A stretch of 64,000 bases of DNA from Gammaproteobacteria bacterium (lineage in GTDB: Bacteria > Pseudomonadota > Gammaproteobacteria > Eutrophobiales > Eutrophobiaceae), in assembly GCA_965222155.1 (NCBI GenBank), contig CBDCTH010000012.1, forward strand, positions 1,984,001-2,048,000, in the 5' to 3' direction. The notes under the pieces were generated by a model that was not told the DNA's origin, ran no database searches, and saw only the letters and a program-made list of their open reading frames with translations. A program made the position numbers and the translations under genes. This document shows positions 42,668 through 52,551 of the stretch, in pieces; the first letter of the stretch is position 1, and each line of letters starts with the position of its first letter.

Positions 42668-43403
42668 AATGCGCTCGCCATAGTCTGAATTGGCAGGCAG
42701 GCCGGTCCAGGGCCAGGGCCGCGACGTGATTTCCAGGTACGGGAATGTTTTTTATAAGCCACCGGGCCGCGTCTTCTTCCCTCCGGCGTATGGTCAACGC
42801 CGCATAGGCTTCATCCGGGTCAATACTGACGTCAAACTCTTTCAGGCCGTAGGCAATCCCGGCGCCCAGCGCCTTGACGAAGGCCTCCTTGCGGGTCCAA
42901 CAGGTAAAAAAAGCCTTCATGCAACTGTCCCGGGGATACCTGTCCAAGGCCCGGCCTTCAGCGCCGGAAAAATATTTCTGCGCCAGGGAACGCCATTCAA
43001 CTTCCGGCCTGATTTTTTCCAGGTCCACACCCAGTCTGCCCCCCAGGGTGAGCGCCACCAGGGCCAGACCGTGGGAATGGGATACGTTAAATGCGATGGC
43101 TTCCCCGGGCATACCAGTACCCAGACAAGGCTTGCCGTGCTCGCCATAATCGAAGTCAATCCCGACCATGTCCAATCCGGATACTCTGGACAGCGCCTGC
43201 CTGAGCAGCCCGCGGGTGACGATATATTCCCTGTACTTGGAAACCGGCTTGAACTTTTGCGCGCGCGCCAGTTCCGCCTGTGTCAGGCATTGCCTGTATG
43301 CCTGAACCTGTTCCTCCCCTAACTCCGTTGATATCAACCAGATATCAACGGAGTTAGGGGAAATCTCAAGATCATCCGGTGCTGTTTGCCATGTATCATT
43401 CAT
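42663..43403 (-). CDS. 4'-phosphopantetheinyl transferase (Sfp/HetI type)
   Basis: GKP, FNVSHS, GVDLE, WTRKEAFVKALG. Confidence 0.93.
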   Translation of the reverse strand: MNDTWQTAPDDLEISPNSVDIWLISTELGEEQVQAYRQCLTQAELARAQKFKPVSKYREYIVTRGLLRQALSRVSGLDMVGIDFDYGEHGKPCLGTGMPGEAIAFNVSHSHGLALVALTLGGRLGVDLEKIRPEVEWRSLAQKYFSGAEGRALDRYPRDSCMKAFFTCWTRKEAFVKALGAGIAYGLKEFDVSIDPDEAYAALTIRRREEDAARWLIKNIPVPGNHVAALALDRPACQFRLWRAHF

Positions 43404-43459
43404 ATCATCAGATTCTATCGCTTTTTTGGATCATACGGAGCAAATGTCACAGGAAGTAA

Positions 43460-43623
43460 GGGTTTTGAGGGCTGTTGTGGCGTGACTAGCGCCAGAGCCT
43501 GCCCCTGCATGTCGTAAGCAGGGGGATGGCCCACACGGAACGGAGTAGTGGCACATGGGTGTGCCGTAAACGGACCAAAGGACGGACCAACAGCCCTCAA
43601 AACCCGGTTAGCGGAAACTGCTG
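43460..43623. mobile_element. MITE (GGGTTTTGAGGGCTGTTG inverted repeat) with a nested family B core
   Basis: Homologous to 61826-62012; right end GGTTAGCGGAAACTGCTG resembles the CAG..TCCCGCTAA TIR. Confidence 0.65.
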
Positions 43624-43624
43624 G

Positions 43625-43684
43625 TGAAATAACTGTACTGTGAAATAACTGTACTGAAATAACTGTACTGAAATAACTGTACTG
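43625..43684. repeat. Tandem repeat, four copies of TGAAATAACTGTAC
   Basis: Read directly. Confidence 0.85.
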
Positions 43685-43756
43685 GTGACTGGAGCAACGG
43701 TTTTGCGTATCATTGATGTACCGGACCTACGATATTAATAATTTGGGAGGCTATAA

Positions 43757-44386
43757 ATGATTCAACTGTTCAACTATCCCAACACGCGCGGCCTCAGGGT
43801 GACCTGGATGCTGGAAGAACTGGAGGCAGACTACGAATTCAACCTGGTTCCAGCGGGCAGCAACGGGTTTGGCTCAGAGGAATATTTAAAAATCAACCCG
43901 GCCGGAAAAGTCCCGGCACTCCGGGACGGGGACCTGTTGCTGACCGAATCCGCAGCCATCGTGACCTACCTGGGCGATAAATTCCCGGAGAAAAAACTGG
44001 TTCCCCGCGCGGGGTCTGCCGCGCGCGCCAAATACAACCAGTGGTGTTACTTTGTGTTGTCGGAACTCGAACAGCCCCTGTGGACCAAGGGAAAACATAA
44101 ATTCATACTGCCCCCGGACAAACGCGTGCCGGCAGTATTCGAAACCGCCGAATGGGAATTTCAAAAAGCATTGAAGATACTCAGCCAGGGGCTGAATGGA
44201 AATAAATTTATCCTTGGAGACACTTTCAGCGCTGCGGATATCCTGATCGGCCACACCTTGTCCTGGGCCCGTACCGCAAAACAACCCGTTGAGATGCAAA
44301 ACGTAACAGACTATGCAGTTTCGGTACTGGGCAGAGAGGCGCTGCAACGAGCCAGGGCCAGGGAAGCGGCATCGAAGGAAGCCTGA
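43757..44386 (+). CDS. Glutathione S-transferase family protein
   Basis: INPAGKVPAL, LTESAAI, FSAADI. Confidence 0.93.
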   Translation: MIQLFNYPNTRGLRVTWMLEELEADYEFNLVPAGSNGFGSEEYLKINPAGKVPALRDGDLLLTESAAIVTYLGDKFPEKKLVPRAGSAARAKYNQWCYFVLSELEQPLWTKGKHKFILPPDKRVPAVFETAEWEFQKALKILSQGLNGNKFILGDTFSAADILIGHTLSWARTAKQPVEMQNVTDYAVSVLGREALQRARAREAASKEA

Positions 44387-44501
44387 GACACCACATTTAT
44401 AAGGGCAACTTTACCTTGCCCACTGCCTTGCCAGTTCGACACTGTGCCTGAATGGTTTCATGCACAGGTAAAAGGACGGAAATCCGGCAAGGAAACCCGC
44501 C

Positions 44502-44642
44502 TCGTCATTCCGGCGTGTGCCGGAATCCAGTGGACAACCTGTCATTTCTTTATAAGGAATTATTTTTTTGACTGGATTTGCATCCTACGCTCCGTTGACG
44601 GCACATCCATGTGCCACTACTCGGCATTCGCCGGAATGACGA
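44502..44642. repeat. CGTCATTCCGGCG...CGCCGGAATGACG repeat (same family as 12118-12216)
   Basis: 14-bp terminal inverted repeat with internal GGAATCCAGT/ACTGGATT motifs. Confidence 0.7.
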
Positions 44643-45048
44643 CACTGAGCATGGCAATGACCGGGGCGACTTCAACCTCCCTCATTCCGAGCAGGTCCAG
44701 CAACATGCCGCCGTCACGCAGGAAAGAACCGGAAATGCTGTGGCCACCGCTCTTTGCGATCAGCTTTAAACCCTGAGCCCGGGCATGGTTGACCGCGGCT
44801 ACGACGTCATCGACGGAATTTGCCTGGACGATTAAATCGGGTCGGCGCGCCGGTTTGGCTACCTGCCATACCAGGCTCTTTCTCCTCGTCTCATAGTCGG
44901 GATGATCGCGACTGATCATGTTCCCTGCGAGCGAGCGTGCATAGGCCCCGCCGGATCGGAAAAAAGTGAACAGCGCTCCCCCGGCCCCGACCAGGCCACG
45001 CAGAAATTGCCTTCGGCAAAAACTATCCAGCGCGGCTTTGAAAATCAT
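44617..45048 (-). pseudogene. Truncated Tat-exported FAD-linked oxidase (PCMH/BBE-like N-terminus)
   Basis: RRQFL Tat motif, PDLIV...DVVAAV, KSGGHS; ends at the repeat after about 135 aa. Confidence 0.75.
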
Positions 45049-45128
45049 GCCGGCAACCCCGTTTCCCGCTACGCCTTACGCTGTATTGACAGGGATGCCG
45101 GCTTCGATCGGAATAACAGTTGTACCGA

Positions 45129-47540
45129 TTAATTAAAATTCCGGCGAAGGCTGACAGACCAGGTTGCCGGCAAGCCGTACACGCCCTCGGTACCATTATT
45201 ATTGGAAAATCCTGTGATGAGATACGCCTCATCGGTCACGTTGCGTCCTGCCGCGGTAATGGACCATACATCGTTGACATCCCGCCAGGTCAGTGAGAGA
45301 TTTAACAGGGTATAGGCGTCTTGTACCAGCAATGGAGTATTTCTGTCGTCATTCGCGACTTTGCTGGTATGGGCCAGGTCAAGCCGCGGTGTCAACGAGC
45401 CCATATCGCCCAGGTCGATAGAATATTGCGCAGCGGCGTTGATGTTCCATTCCGGTGCGTTGATCAGTTGATCATCAATGTCGAAAGCGACACCCTCATC
45501 CAGCTTAGCGTATTCCGCGTCCAGGTAGCCTACGCCGACCTGCAGTAACATTTCGGCTGTAGGCAGCGCGGTCATTTCCACCTCAAATCCCAGGATTTCC
45601 GCCTCTGCCGCATTGACTGTGGACAGGCCGATGGTGCCAGCGCTATCGCTCTCGTCAGAGGTGACCTGCATATCCGTGTAATCGGTGAAAAATACGGACG
45701 CATTCAAGCGCATGCGATTATCGAGCAAGGTGGACTTAAAGCCGCCTTCGTAGACCTTCACGAACTCAGGCCCCGCAACCGGGACTTCACGCTTCGCCGG
45801 AAAGACCCGCTGAGTGAAGGCGCCTGCTTTGAAGCCTTCCGAGTAAGACACGTAAGTCATGAAATCCTCGGCCCACCGGTAAGACAGGTTGACATAGGGT
45901 TGCAACTCACTTGCATTGGAATGGGCAGGCTCCGGTGGCAACACACAGGAACCTTCGGTGTTAGCCGCCGTAAGTGGCGTACCTCGACAGTCGAACGGGG
46001 AGGCAGGTGATATTGACAGTGGAAAAGGGACGCCCCTGTCGATACCAACGTAGGATGCCGGGACAAACTCTTTTTCCTCATCCGTATAACGCACACCTGC
46101 CGTCAGCGATAACTGGCTCGTTATATCAAAGGTGCCCTGGGCAAACACGGCCTTGCTCTCGTTATCTATCGTGCCGCCACTGTCGAATACGGTATTAAAC
46201 GGCAGTTCCACCACATCCAGGTGCTTACCCGTTTCTTTCAGGTAATACAAGCCCACCAGCCATTCCAGGCGATCATCAAAGGCATTGCCCAGCAACTGAA
46301 ATTCCTGGGTGGTCTGTTTTTGCTCATAATCGTTGGCGGTGCGAACAATCACGTGGACCGGCAGCTTCGAATGGCTGGTGTCCCGGGACCAGAAGCCGTC
46401 TTCCACCCGGCGGTGCGCGGTGATGGACTTGAAAGTGAAGTTATCATTGATATCCCACTCAATGGTCCCGCCGACGCCCCAGACATTCAGTTCGGAGTCA
46501 GGGCGCACGGCTACGCCGAAGCGTTCATCCGTCTGTAGTTCCGGTGTTGCGCTGACGTGAGAACTCCAGGTCTTGTAAGGCCCTACGACCCATTGATCAT
46601 TATAACAGTTGTCATTTCCGATCCGGCCCGGGTCCGTGCTGACCGCGAAACCGCCACAGACCGGATCGCCCGATACAAATTGATTATTAATTTGGGGGAA
46701 AAACCCATTTTCCGCCACATCGATCAGGACATTGGGAGCGGGGTTTTCATCGGTGGTGGAATAATCGGCCGTCAAATCCACAGTAATGGCAGCGGAGGGT
46801 GTCCAGCGGAACGCCAGCCGGCCGGAGAGATCTTCGTTATCACCCAGGTCCGGTCCATCTCCCAGGTTTTTCACGTAACCGTCCCGGTTTCTGCTGGAGA
46901 CGGAGATGCTTCCCGCCAGGTTCTCACCCATGGGAACGTTGACATAAGCGTTTACGTCGATACGGTCATAACTGCCGGTCGTCACTTCCGCCCTGCCGTG
47001 GAAGCTGTCGGTCGTCGGCTTTTTGGTGACCACGGAGATAGCGCCGCCGATGGTGTTGCGTCCGAACAGGGTGCCCTGGGGACCGCGTAATACCTCAATA
47101 CGCTCCACGTCCACCGTATCCATGACCTGACCGATGGTACGGGAGATATACACGCCATCCAGGTAAATTCCGACTCCCGGGTCTACCGGCAAAGCCCAGT
47201 CGGCGCTGCCCACACCGCGGATCATGATGATGGCAGCTGAATTACCGGCGGCGATGGGTGCGGTAAAATCGAACACGACGTTCGGCGTAAATTCCCCGAG
47301 GTCGGCAAAATCCACCATGCCCCGTTGTTCTATATCATCAGCCGTAAAAGCGGCGACCGAGATAGGCGTGTCCTGCAGACTCTCTTCGCGCTTGCGGGCG
47401 GTCACTACAATTTCTTCCAGAGCGCCGGCCTGGGCAAGCAGTTCAGTGGTTGCAGTTCCGAGCAGACAGGCAAATAATAAAAGCTGAACAGTGCTGACTG
47501 TCGCTGTTCTTTTTTTGGTTATATTATTGTAATTATACAT
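45129..47540 (-). CDS. TonB-dependent receptor
   Basis: LEEIVVTARKREE, IEVLRGPQGTLFGRN, C-terminal beta strand. Confidence 0.95.
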   Translation of the reverse strand: MYNYNNITKKRTATVSTVQLLLFACLLGTATTELLAQAGALEEIVVTARKREESLQDTPISVAAFTADDIEQRGMVDFADLGEFTPNVVFDFTAPIAAGNSAAIIMIRGVGSADWALPVDPGVGIYLDGVYISRTIGQVMDTVDVERIEVLRGPQGTLFGRNTIGGAISVVTKKPTTDSFHGRAEVTTGSYDRIDVNAYVNVPMGENLAGSISVSSRNRDGYVKNLGDGPDLGDNEDLSGRLAFRWTPSAAITVDLTADYSTTDENPAPNVLIDVAENGFFPQINNQFVSGDPVCGGFAVSTDPGRIGNDNCYNDQWVVGPYKTWSSHVSATPELQTDERFGVAVRPDSELNVWGVGGTIEWDINDNFTFKSITAHRRVEDGFWSRDTSHSKLPVHVIVRTANDYEQKQTTQEFQLLGNAFDDRLEWLVGLYYLKETGKHLDVVELPFNTVFDSGGTIDNESKAVFAQGTFDITSQLSLTAGVRYTDEEKEFVPASYVGIDRGVPFPLSISPASPFDCRGTPLTAANTEGSCVLPPEPAHSNASELQPYVNLSYRWAEDFMTYVSYSEGFKAGAFTQRVFPAKREVPVAGPEFVKVYEGGFKSTLLDNRMRLNASVFFTDYTDMQVTSDESDSAGTIGLSTVNAAEAEILGFEVEMTALPTAEMLLQVGVGYLDAEYAKLDEGVAFDIDDQLINAPEWNINAAAQYSIDLGDMGSLTPRLDLAHTSKVANDDRNTPLLVQDAYTLLNLSLTWRDVNDVWSITAAGRNVTDEAYLITGFSNNNGTEGVYGLPATWSVSLRRNFN

Positions 47541-47639
47541 CTCGTTCCTCGAATTATGTGTTTAGAAAAGAATCTTTACCGTCATCATGGTGATTCGGCC
47601 AGTATACCTTGTATTATATTTATAACAACCTGTATTTAA

Positions 47640-47820
47640 TCAGAAATGTGAATATCCCGCGCCCTCAGGGATATGTTCGGAAGCGTCGTTTCTTATACAG
47701 CTAAGCCCCTGCCCTGCCGTAATTGTGCCGATGCGGTATGCCGGGTGGCCGATGCGTTCCAATGCCTGCTGTTTTGCCGGCGGTACGGAAAAACACAACT
47801 CGTAATCATCGCCGCCGCTG
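47640..47820 (-). repeat. Duplicated 3' end of thiL (att-like direct repeat of 54762-54942)
   Basis: SGGDDYELCF.VPPAKQQ.LERIGHPAYRIGTITA...PEGAGYSHF present in both copies. Confidence 0.92.
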
Positions 47821-47868
47821 GTGTTTTCGACTAACCCCTTATACAACCATCAGAGAGGTCTCGGTGTT

Positions 47869-47877
47869 TGTTATAAT
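47869..47877 (+). promoter_or_regulatory. Candidate extended -10 promoter (TGtTATAAT) for the islet operon
   Basis: Exact TGnTATAAT about 115 bp upstream of the first ATG. Confidence 0.4.
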
Positions 47878-47993
47878 GAATTTTTTACCAGAGAGTTAGG
47901 ATTTAACATACTCAATAGCAGTAACGAAGCAAGTTTTACTGAAAAACAGGATATTATGGAATACTGTTGTATTTTTAATGTGTAGTTACAACT

Positions 47994-48728
47994 ATGTCAT
48001 ACTTTGAGGAAATAAAGGAAGCGTATAAATTGGTCTGTGGTGGTGAGACTTCACAAGCAGCTGTGGGGCAAGCATTACAATACGAAAACTGGCAACATCT
48101 CCACGATAAAATTACCAGGAAGGTTCTTAACCACCCGGATTACCCTCTCCTGGCTGCCGACAGGGAACAACCTATACCAACCTGTTCAGAGTTGGCTCAA
48201 GATTGCCAAATACCGAGAAGTAGCAAAAAAATCAGTCTAGCCTACTCCCTGTATAGATATAGAGTAGAAGTTTCCTCTCCACAGCTTAAAATGATATATG
48301 CCGATGACCTCACAAAACTTTGGAGAAAACTTGAACGAGAACGCATCAAGAAAGTCTGGATTACCACAAATCATTTAGCCCTGCGGTCGGAACGTGATTT
48401 ACATGATTTAGTGTGTCGTTTAGGCTTGTATCATTGGCGAAGGCCTCTGTTGGATACACCTGTCTTTTGCCTGGAATGGCGTAATATAGACTGTGTCAAA
48501 CCTAACGCACTGGATGCTGGGTTAGCATTCTACTTTCATCAAACGCCGGAACAAGCTCCTGGCAGCACGCGAAACCTGGAAACAGGTGAACCGGATATGG
48601 AAGAATGGTTATGTTTAGAGGTCGATAATAATTCGATAAAATGTGTGGCTGGCTGTTTCACCCGCCAAGAAGTAGAATTAAATATGAGCAATTATTTCGA
48701 AAAGAACGCACAAAGGATGAGGGGGTAA
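47994..48728 (+). CDS. Hypothetical protein, possible ADP-ribosyltransferase-like fold
   Basis: LYRY / WITT / RLGL / P..LDAG..F / G.T..L.TG...EEW pattern. The ORF is solid; the fold is inferred. Confidence 0.6.
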   Translation: MSYFEEIKEAYKLVCGGETSQAAVGQALQYENWQHLHDKITRKVLNHPDYPLLAADREQPIPTCSELAQDCQIPRSSKKISLAYSLYRYRVEVSSPQLKMIYADDLTKLWRKLERERIKKVWITTNHLALRSERDLHDLVCRLGLYHWRRPLLDTPVFCLEWRNIDCVKPNALDAGLAFYFHQTPEQAPGSTRNLETGEPDMEEWLCLEVDNNSIKCVAGCFTRQEVELNMSNYFEKNAQRMRG

Positions 48729-48734
48729 TGTTGT

Positions 48735-49739
48735 ATGGATGAGCAACAAATTATCCGACATTTCTTCAAGGATGAGGATTCCGCGATTTCATATATCCAA
48801 AATCGCTTGCTGGGTAACTTCGACGATGCCCCACCGCCAACCGGTGACCGTTTCATCGAAGAATACGCGACGGATATTCTGCAACACCTGGTTTATGACC
48901 TTGAAGATAAATCTATTTTCTGGAATGCCTGTTTCCGGTTATTCAAAGAATGGCGAGACCCTGAGAAAGCTGATCAAGAACATGCGACAGGTCTGAGTGA
49001 ATTAGCCTATTTGATCCGTCAAATTAATCAGAATAATGAAAAAGTATTCAGTGAAGAAAGATATCGCTGGCAAAAAGAACTAGACCCCCAGAATCTCAGA
49101 GTGATCCCATATGTTACTCAAGAAGCAAATTTGGTATACACCCAGAATTTGAGTCTGGTGCATATTTGGAGCCTTTGGCCTAATGATCGATGGTTAAGAC
49201 TATACGAAAATATCCTGAAGGCAAGCGAAGTGAACAACGAAGCTCAATTTGAGCTTATGCTGATTACTATCCAACACATGAAATGGGACGTAATGAAGAC
49301 CAGACAGTTATTCCGGTGGGCCTTGGATCGGGATAACCTGCCGAAAACTTTTTATAACCAGTATATTTTTCACCGTTTATGCGAATGTGGTAATAGCATG
49401 ACCGACACCAGTACTAAGGAACAGAAGATATGCCAGAGCAAGTTAGTTGGCGATATTCTAATAACTCATGACCAGTTGTTCTATAGCTTACCCAAAGAGC
49501 AAAAAGAGGCACTCGGTAAGGCCTTGCTTGAAGCCAGTGAGTTGTTAGATTTGAAAAGTTTTAAATGCCTGGATAAGGGAAAGAGAGCCCTACTGAAGCG
49601 AGAGCTTGATAAACTCGTCCAACCACCTTCTGAAGGGGAAACCTGCATGATTAAATCCAATACTGAAGCCTCGTCCGAGCATAGATTCATGAAAGCAGAT
49701 TATGCCGGGGACGCTGAGGATGGACGATTAGCTGCCTGA
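48735..49739 (+). CDS. Hypothetical, predicted mostly alpha-helical protein
   Basis: 334-aa ORF, 6 nt after ORF1 and 4 nt before ORF3; no motif recognised. Confidence 0.75.
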   Translation: MDEQQIIRHFFKDEDSAISYIQNRLLGNFDDAPPPTGDRFIEEYATDILQHLVYDLEDKSIFWNACFRLFKEWRDPEKADQEHATGLSELAYLIRQINQNNEKVFSEERYRWQKELDPQNLRVIPYVTQEANLVYTQNLSLVHIWSLWPNDRWLRLYENILKASEVNNEAQFELMLITIQHMKWDVMKTRQLFRWALDRDNLPKTFYNQYIFHRLCECGNSMTDTSTKEQKICQSKLVGDILITHDQLFYSLPKEQKEALGKALLEASELLDLKSFKCLDKGKRALLKRELDKLVQPPSEGETCMIKSNTEASSEHRFMKADYAGDAEDGRLAA

Positions 49740-49743
49740 ACAG

Positions 49744-52551
49744 ATGTCTGCTCAATCAACTCAATTCATCTCTTTCTACTCTTACAAAGGTGGAGTGGGA
49801 CGCAGCACAGTGCTTGCCAACCTTGCTTGCAGGCAAGCAATGCAGGGCAGAAAGGTTCTGATTATCGACCTTGATCTCGAGGCACCAGGGCAACACAGTA
49901 GCGGATTGTTTGAAGGGAATCTGGTAGCTGATTCGGCAATAAAAGGGGGGTTTATTGACCTCTGCGAATCCTGGAAAAAACACCGTGAGGAAACGCCTGA
50001 CGAAGTATATGAATGGGATTTGCGAGAATACATGCTGCGAAGCGTTCTTCCGGATACTTTGCCTGGCACCAACAAGGGCGAAATTTTTTTGATGCCTGCC
50101 GGTAAAAAACTGGGTACAGGCTATGTCGAAAAACTGAACAGACTTGATTGGCATGGCTTCTTCTCATTATCTGGAAACAAAGGTTACCAGTTGCTTGCCA
50201 CTTTGAAGTTATACTGTGAGATCGAAGAATTTGATAAAGTATTCATTGATTCAAGGACGGGACTCAGTGACCCCTATTACATGGCAACCTCCTGGTTAAG
50301 CGATACTGTTGTTTGTTTCAGTTTGTTGAACAAGCAGAGTGTTGAAGGGTGCCGTTATACCATGGGGCTTATCCTGACCGAAGACTTCAAGAGTAAATAT
50401 GGTGAAAAACGTGTATTGCCAGTAGCCACCCTGATTCCTCCAACCAGAAATTTTGAGTCTAACAATAGAATAAAAGACATTCTTGCTGCCGAATGGCCCG
50501 AAATTGAGAGCGGTTTCGTCACTGAATTCAGGTATGACGACGCGCTGGCCTTGGAAGAACAAATACTGGTAATTAAAGATGGATTTGAAGAATCGGATTT
50601 CGGTAAGTCATTGAAGGCACTGAATACTGCCCTGGAAACTTCAGCCTCTTATTTGCTGAGCAAAGATCAGGCACGTAAAAACTTCAGAGAAACAGCTTTA
50701 AAAAATCCTTTTCCTAACCTTCGCATCGAGTACTGGAGTCCGATGGAGATTGCCAGTCACTATTCAACCATTTATCCAAGGATTGAAGAACAATTGACAA
50801 GCTTTCAACCTGTTATTGTTTATGGATCTCGAGGGACAGGCAAAACCACCATGGCTCGTTATTTCGATTATGAAACCCAATTAATCATATTTGAGCAAAA
50901 TAATCAACGCATGCCAAAGCCCGAAGAACTTTCTTACCTTGGCTTGTGGATTCGTCAGGACAGCGATTTTCTCAAGGCATTTAATGTGCCTGATGAGGAT
51001 AAACAGAAGAATTACAGTGCCCTTTTTGGCTTGTTCTTCGACATGGTTGTATTGCGCAAAGCACTACACGCTATGCAGGCTTCCGAAGGACTGTCTGGCT
51101 GGGTTAAATCAACCGCAGAGTTATTCCGGGTTTTGTGTCGTGAAATCGGTGTACCAGTTGTTGAGCAATGTGATATGGAAGTTTTTTTGAAGCATTTAGA
51201 AACTCGTTTATACGAAATTCGCGCTTATATCAACAATCCCCATCGCACTGAAATACCGTACCTGTTCCAGGGTAACACCTTAATGAAGCTGTTGGCAGAA
51301 CAACTAAAGAAAAGAGGAAACTTCCATTTTGTGGTATTTGTTGATGAGGTTGAAAATTATGCAAGCCATCAGCAACAAATGCTTAATACACGAGTTAAAC
51401 ATGTTAAAGAGAGTGATGCAGTCACCTATAAGTTGCTTGCACTTAATGATGGAATCAAAACCACATCCACGGACTCAGATAAACAGGAACTGGAGGTAAC
51501 CCACGACTACCGTGCTTATTTTCTGGATGAAGAAATCGAGTTTGATGAATTCAAGAAATGTGCGGAAATTTTGGTGGACCGATATATCTCCAGTTCACCC
51601 CAGTTTCAACATATCGGCCAAGTACAGAAATATCTGGAATATCTTACACCTGAAGAAGAAGCGCGAAAAATCTGCGGAACCCGAAGCAATAAATTACTGA
51701 TTGGCTACCTAGGCAAGCAGCATCACCTAAAGGCGAACCATGCCCTGATACAATGGATGCGGAAAGAACCCAACATACTACGCCAAGTGGTTGCTACTGT
51801 GATGGCTAATCAGGGCAAGAACGCCGATGATGTTGCAAAGAATATGCACTATAACACTTCTACAGCACAAGACTGGTATCACAACTATTCAAGAGGAGCA
51901 TTGTATTGGTTGTGTACCTTACATAGAAAAACAAAAACTTACTCAGGGTTTAACGATATTGCCGGTATTGCCGGTGAAAATATTCGTGTGGTGGTAGATC
52001 TATTTTACGCAATTTTTGAAGAATGGATTAAACAAGAAGAAAGGGGGTTGCCATTCAGCTATGAACTGCAAAGCAGGTGCATCGTGGACATGTCAAGAAC
52101 CTATTTCAAGAAGCTCGACCGGTTTCGGCCCACGGAAAATCAACTGAACCGGTTAGTAGAGCGTCTCGGTAATCTTTTTGCCGCAATACATAAGAGTCCG
52201 CGGCAGGGAGAGCCGGAAATCAATCATTTCTCGGCAAATGGGGACATGGATGACGAGACGGTGAAACACCTGAAGATTTGTCGGCAGGAGAATTTACTGC
52301 GGTGGTTACCAAGCAACAAACAAAAGTCATCAAGCGACTACTTGCCCGATGCTTTCCAGATTAATCCCTGTTTTACCCCGAACTTCGGTATTTCCTGGCG
52401 AAGAAAAAAGAAGCTTACGCTAACGCCCGATGATGTCCATAAACTCTGTTTGGGTACGGATGATGAGTGGAAAAAGATTCACTCTCGCATCGAGCGGCAA
52501 TATCATCGTGGAAGAAACGGTGACAAGTCTCAAGAAAGCCTACTACTTTAA
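49744..52551 (+). CDS. KGGVGR-variant ParA/MinD ATPase fused to an ORC/CDC6- or STAND-like AAA+ ATPase
   Basis: FYSYKGGVGRS, IDLDLEAPG and IDSRTG, then NPF, GSRGTGKT (Walker A) and VFVDEVEN (Walker B). Confidence 0.85.
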   Translation: MSAQSTQFISFYSYKGGVGRSTVLANLACRQAMQGRKVLIIDLDLEAPGQHSSGLFEGNLVADSAIKGGFIDLCESWKKHREETPDEVYEWDLREYMLRSVLPDTLPGTNKGEIFLMPAGKKLGTGYVEKLNRLDWHGFFSLSGNKGYQLLATLKLYCEIEEFDKVFIDSRTGLSDPYYMATSWLSDTVVCFSLLNKQSVEGCRYTMGLILTEDFKSKYGEKRVLPVATLIPPTRNFESNNRIKDILAAEWPEIESGFVTEFRYDDALALEEQILVIKDGFEESDFGKSLKALNTALETSASYLLSKDQARKNFRETALKNPFPNLRIEYWSPMEIASHYSTIYPRIEEQLTSFQPVIVYGSRGTGKTTMARYFDYETQLIIFEQNNQRMPKPEELSYLGLWIRQDSDFLKAFNVPDEDKQKNYSALFGLFFDMVVLRKALHAMQASEGLSGWVKSTAELFRVLCREIGVPVVEQCDMEVFLKHLETRLYEIRAYINNPHRTEIPYLFQGNTLMKLLAEQLKKRGNFHFVVFVDEVENYASHQQQMLNTRVKHVKESDAVTYKLLALNDGIKTTSTDSDKQELEVTHDYRAYFLDEEIEFDEFKKCAEILVDRYISSSPQFQHIGQVQKYLEYLTPEEEARKICGTRSNKLLIGYLGKQHHLKANHALIQWMRKEPNILRQVVATVMANQGKNADDVAKNMHYNTSTAQDWYHNYSRGALYWLCTLHRKTKTYSGFNDIAGIAGENIRVVVDLFYAIFEEWIKQEERGLPFSYELQSRCIVDMSRTYFKKLDRFRPTENQLNRLVERLGNLFAAIHKSPRQGEPEINHFSANGDMDDETVKHLKICRQENLLRWLPSNKQKSSSDYLPDAFQINPCFTPNFGISWRRKKKLTLTPDDVHKLCLGTDDEWKKIHSRIERQYHRGRNGDKSQESLLL

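Noticed and set aside
43625-43684. Short direct repeats as a mini-CRISPR or iterons
   Set aside because: No spacers, only 14 bp long, and no rep or cas gene nearby.
47640-47846. 68-aa ORF as a small functional gene
   Set aside because: It is the duplicated thiL C-terminus with a chance upstream start.
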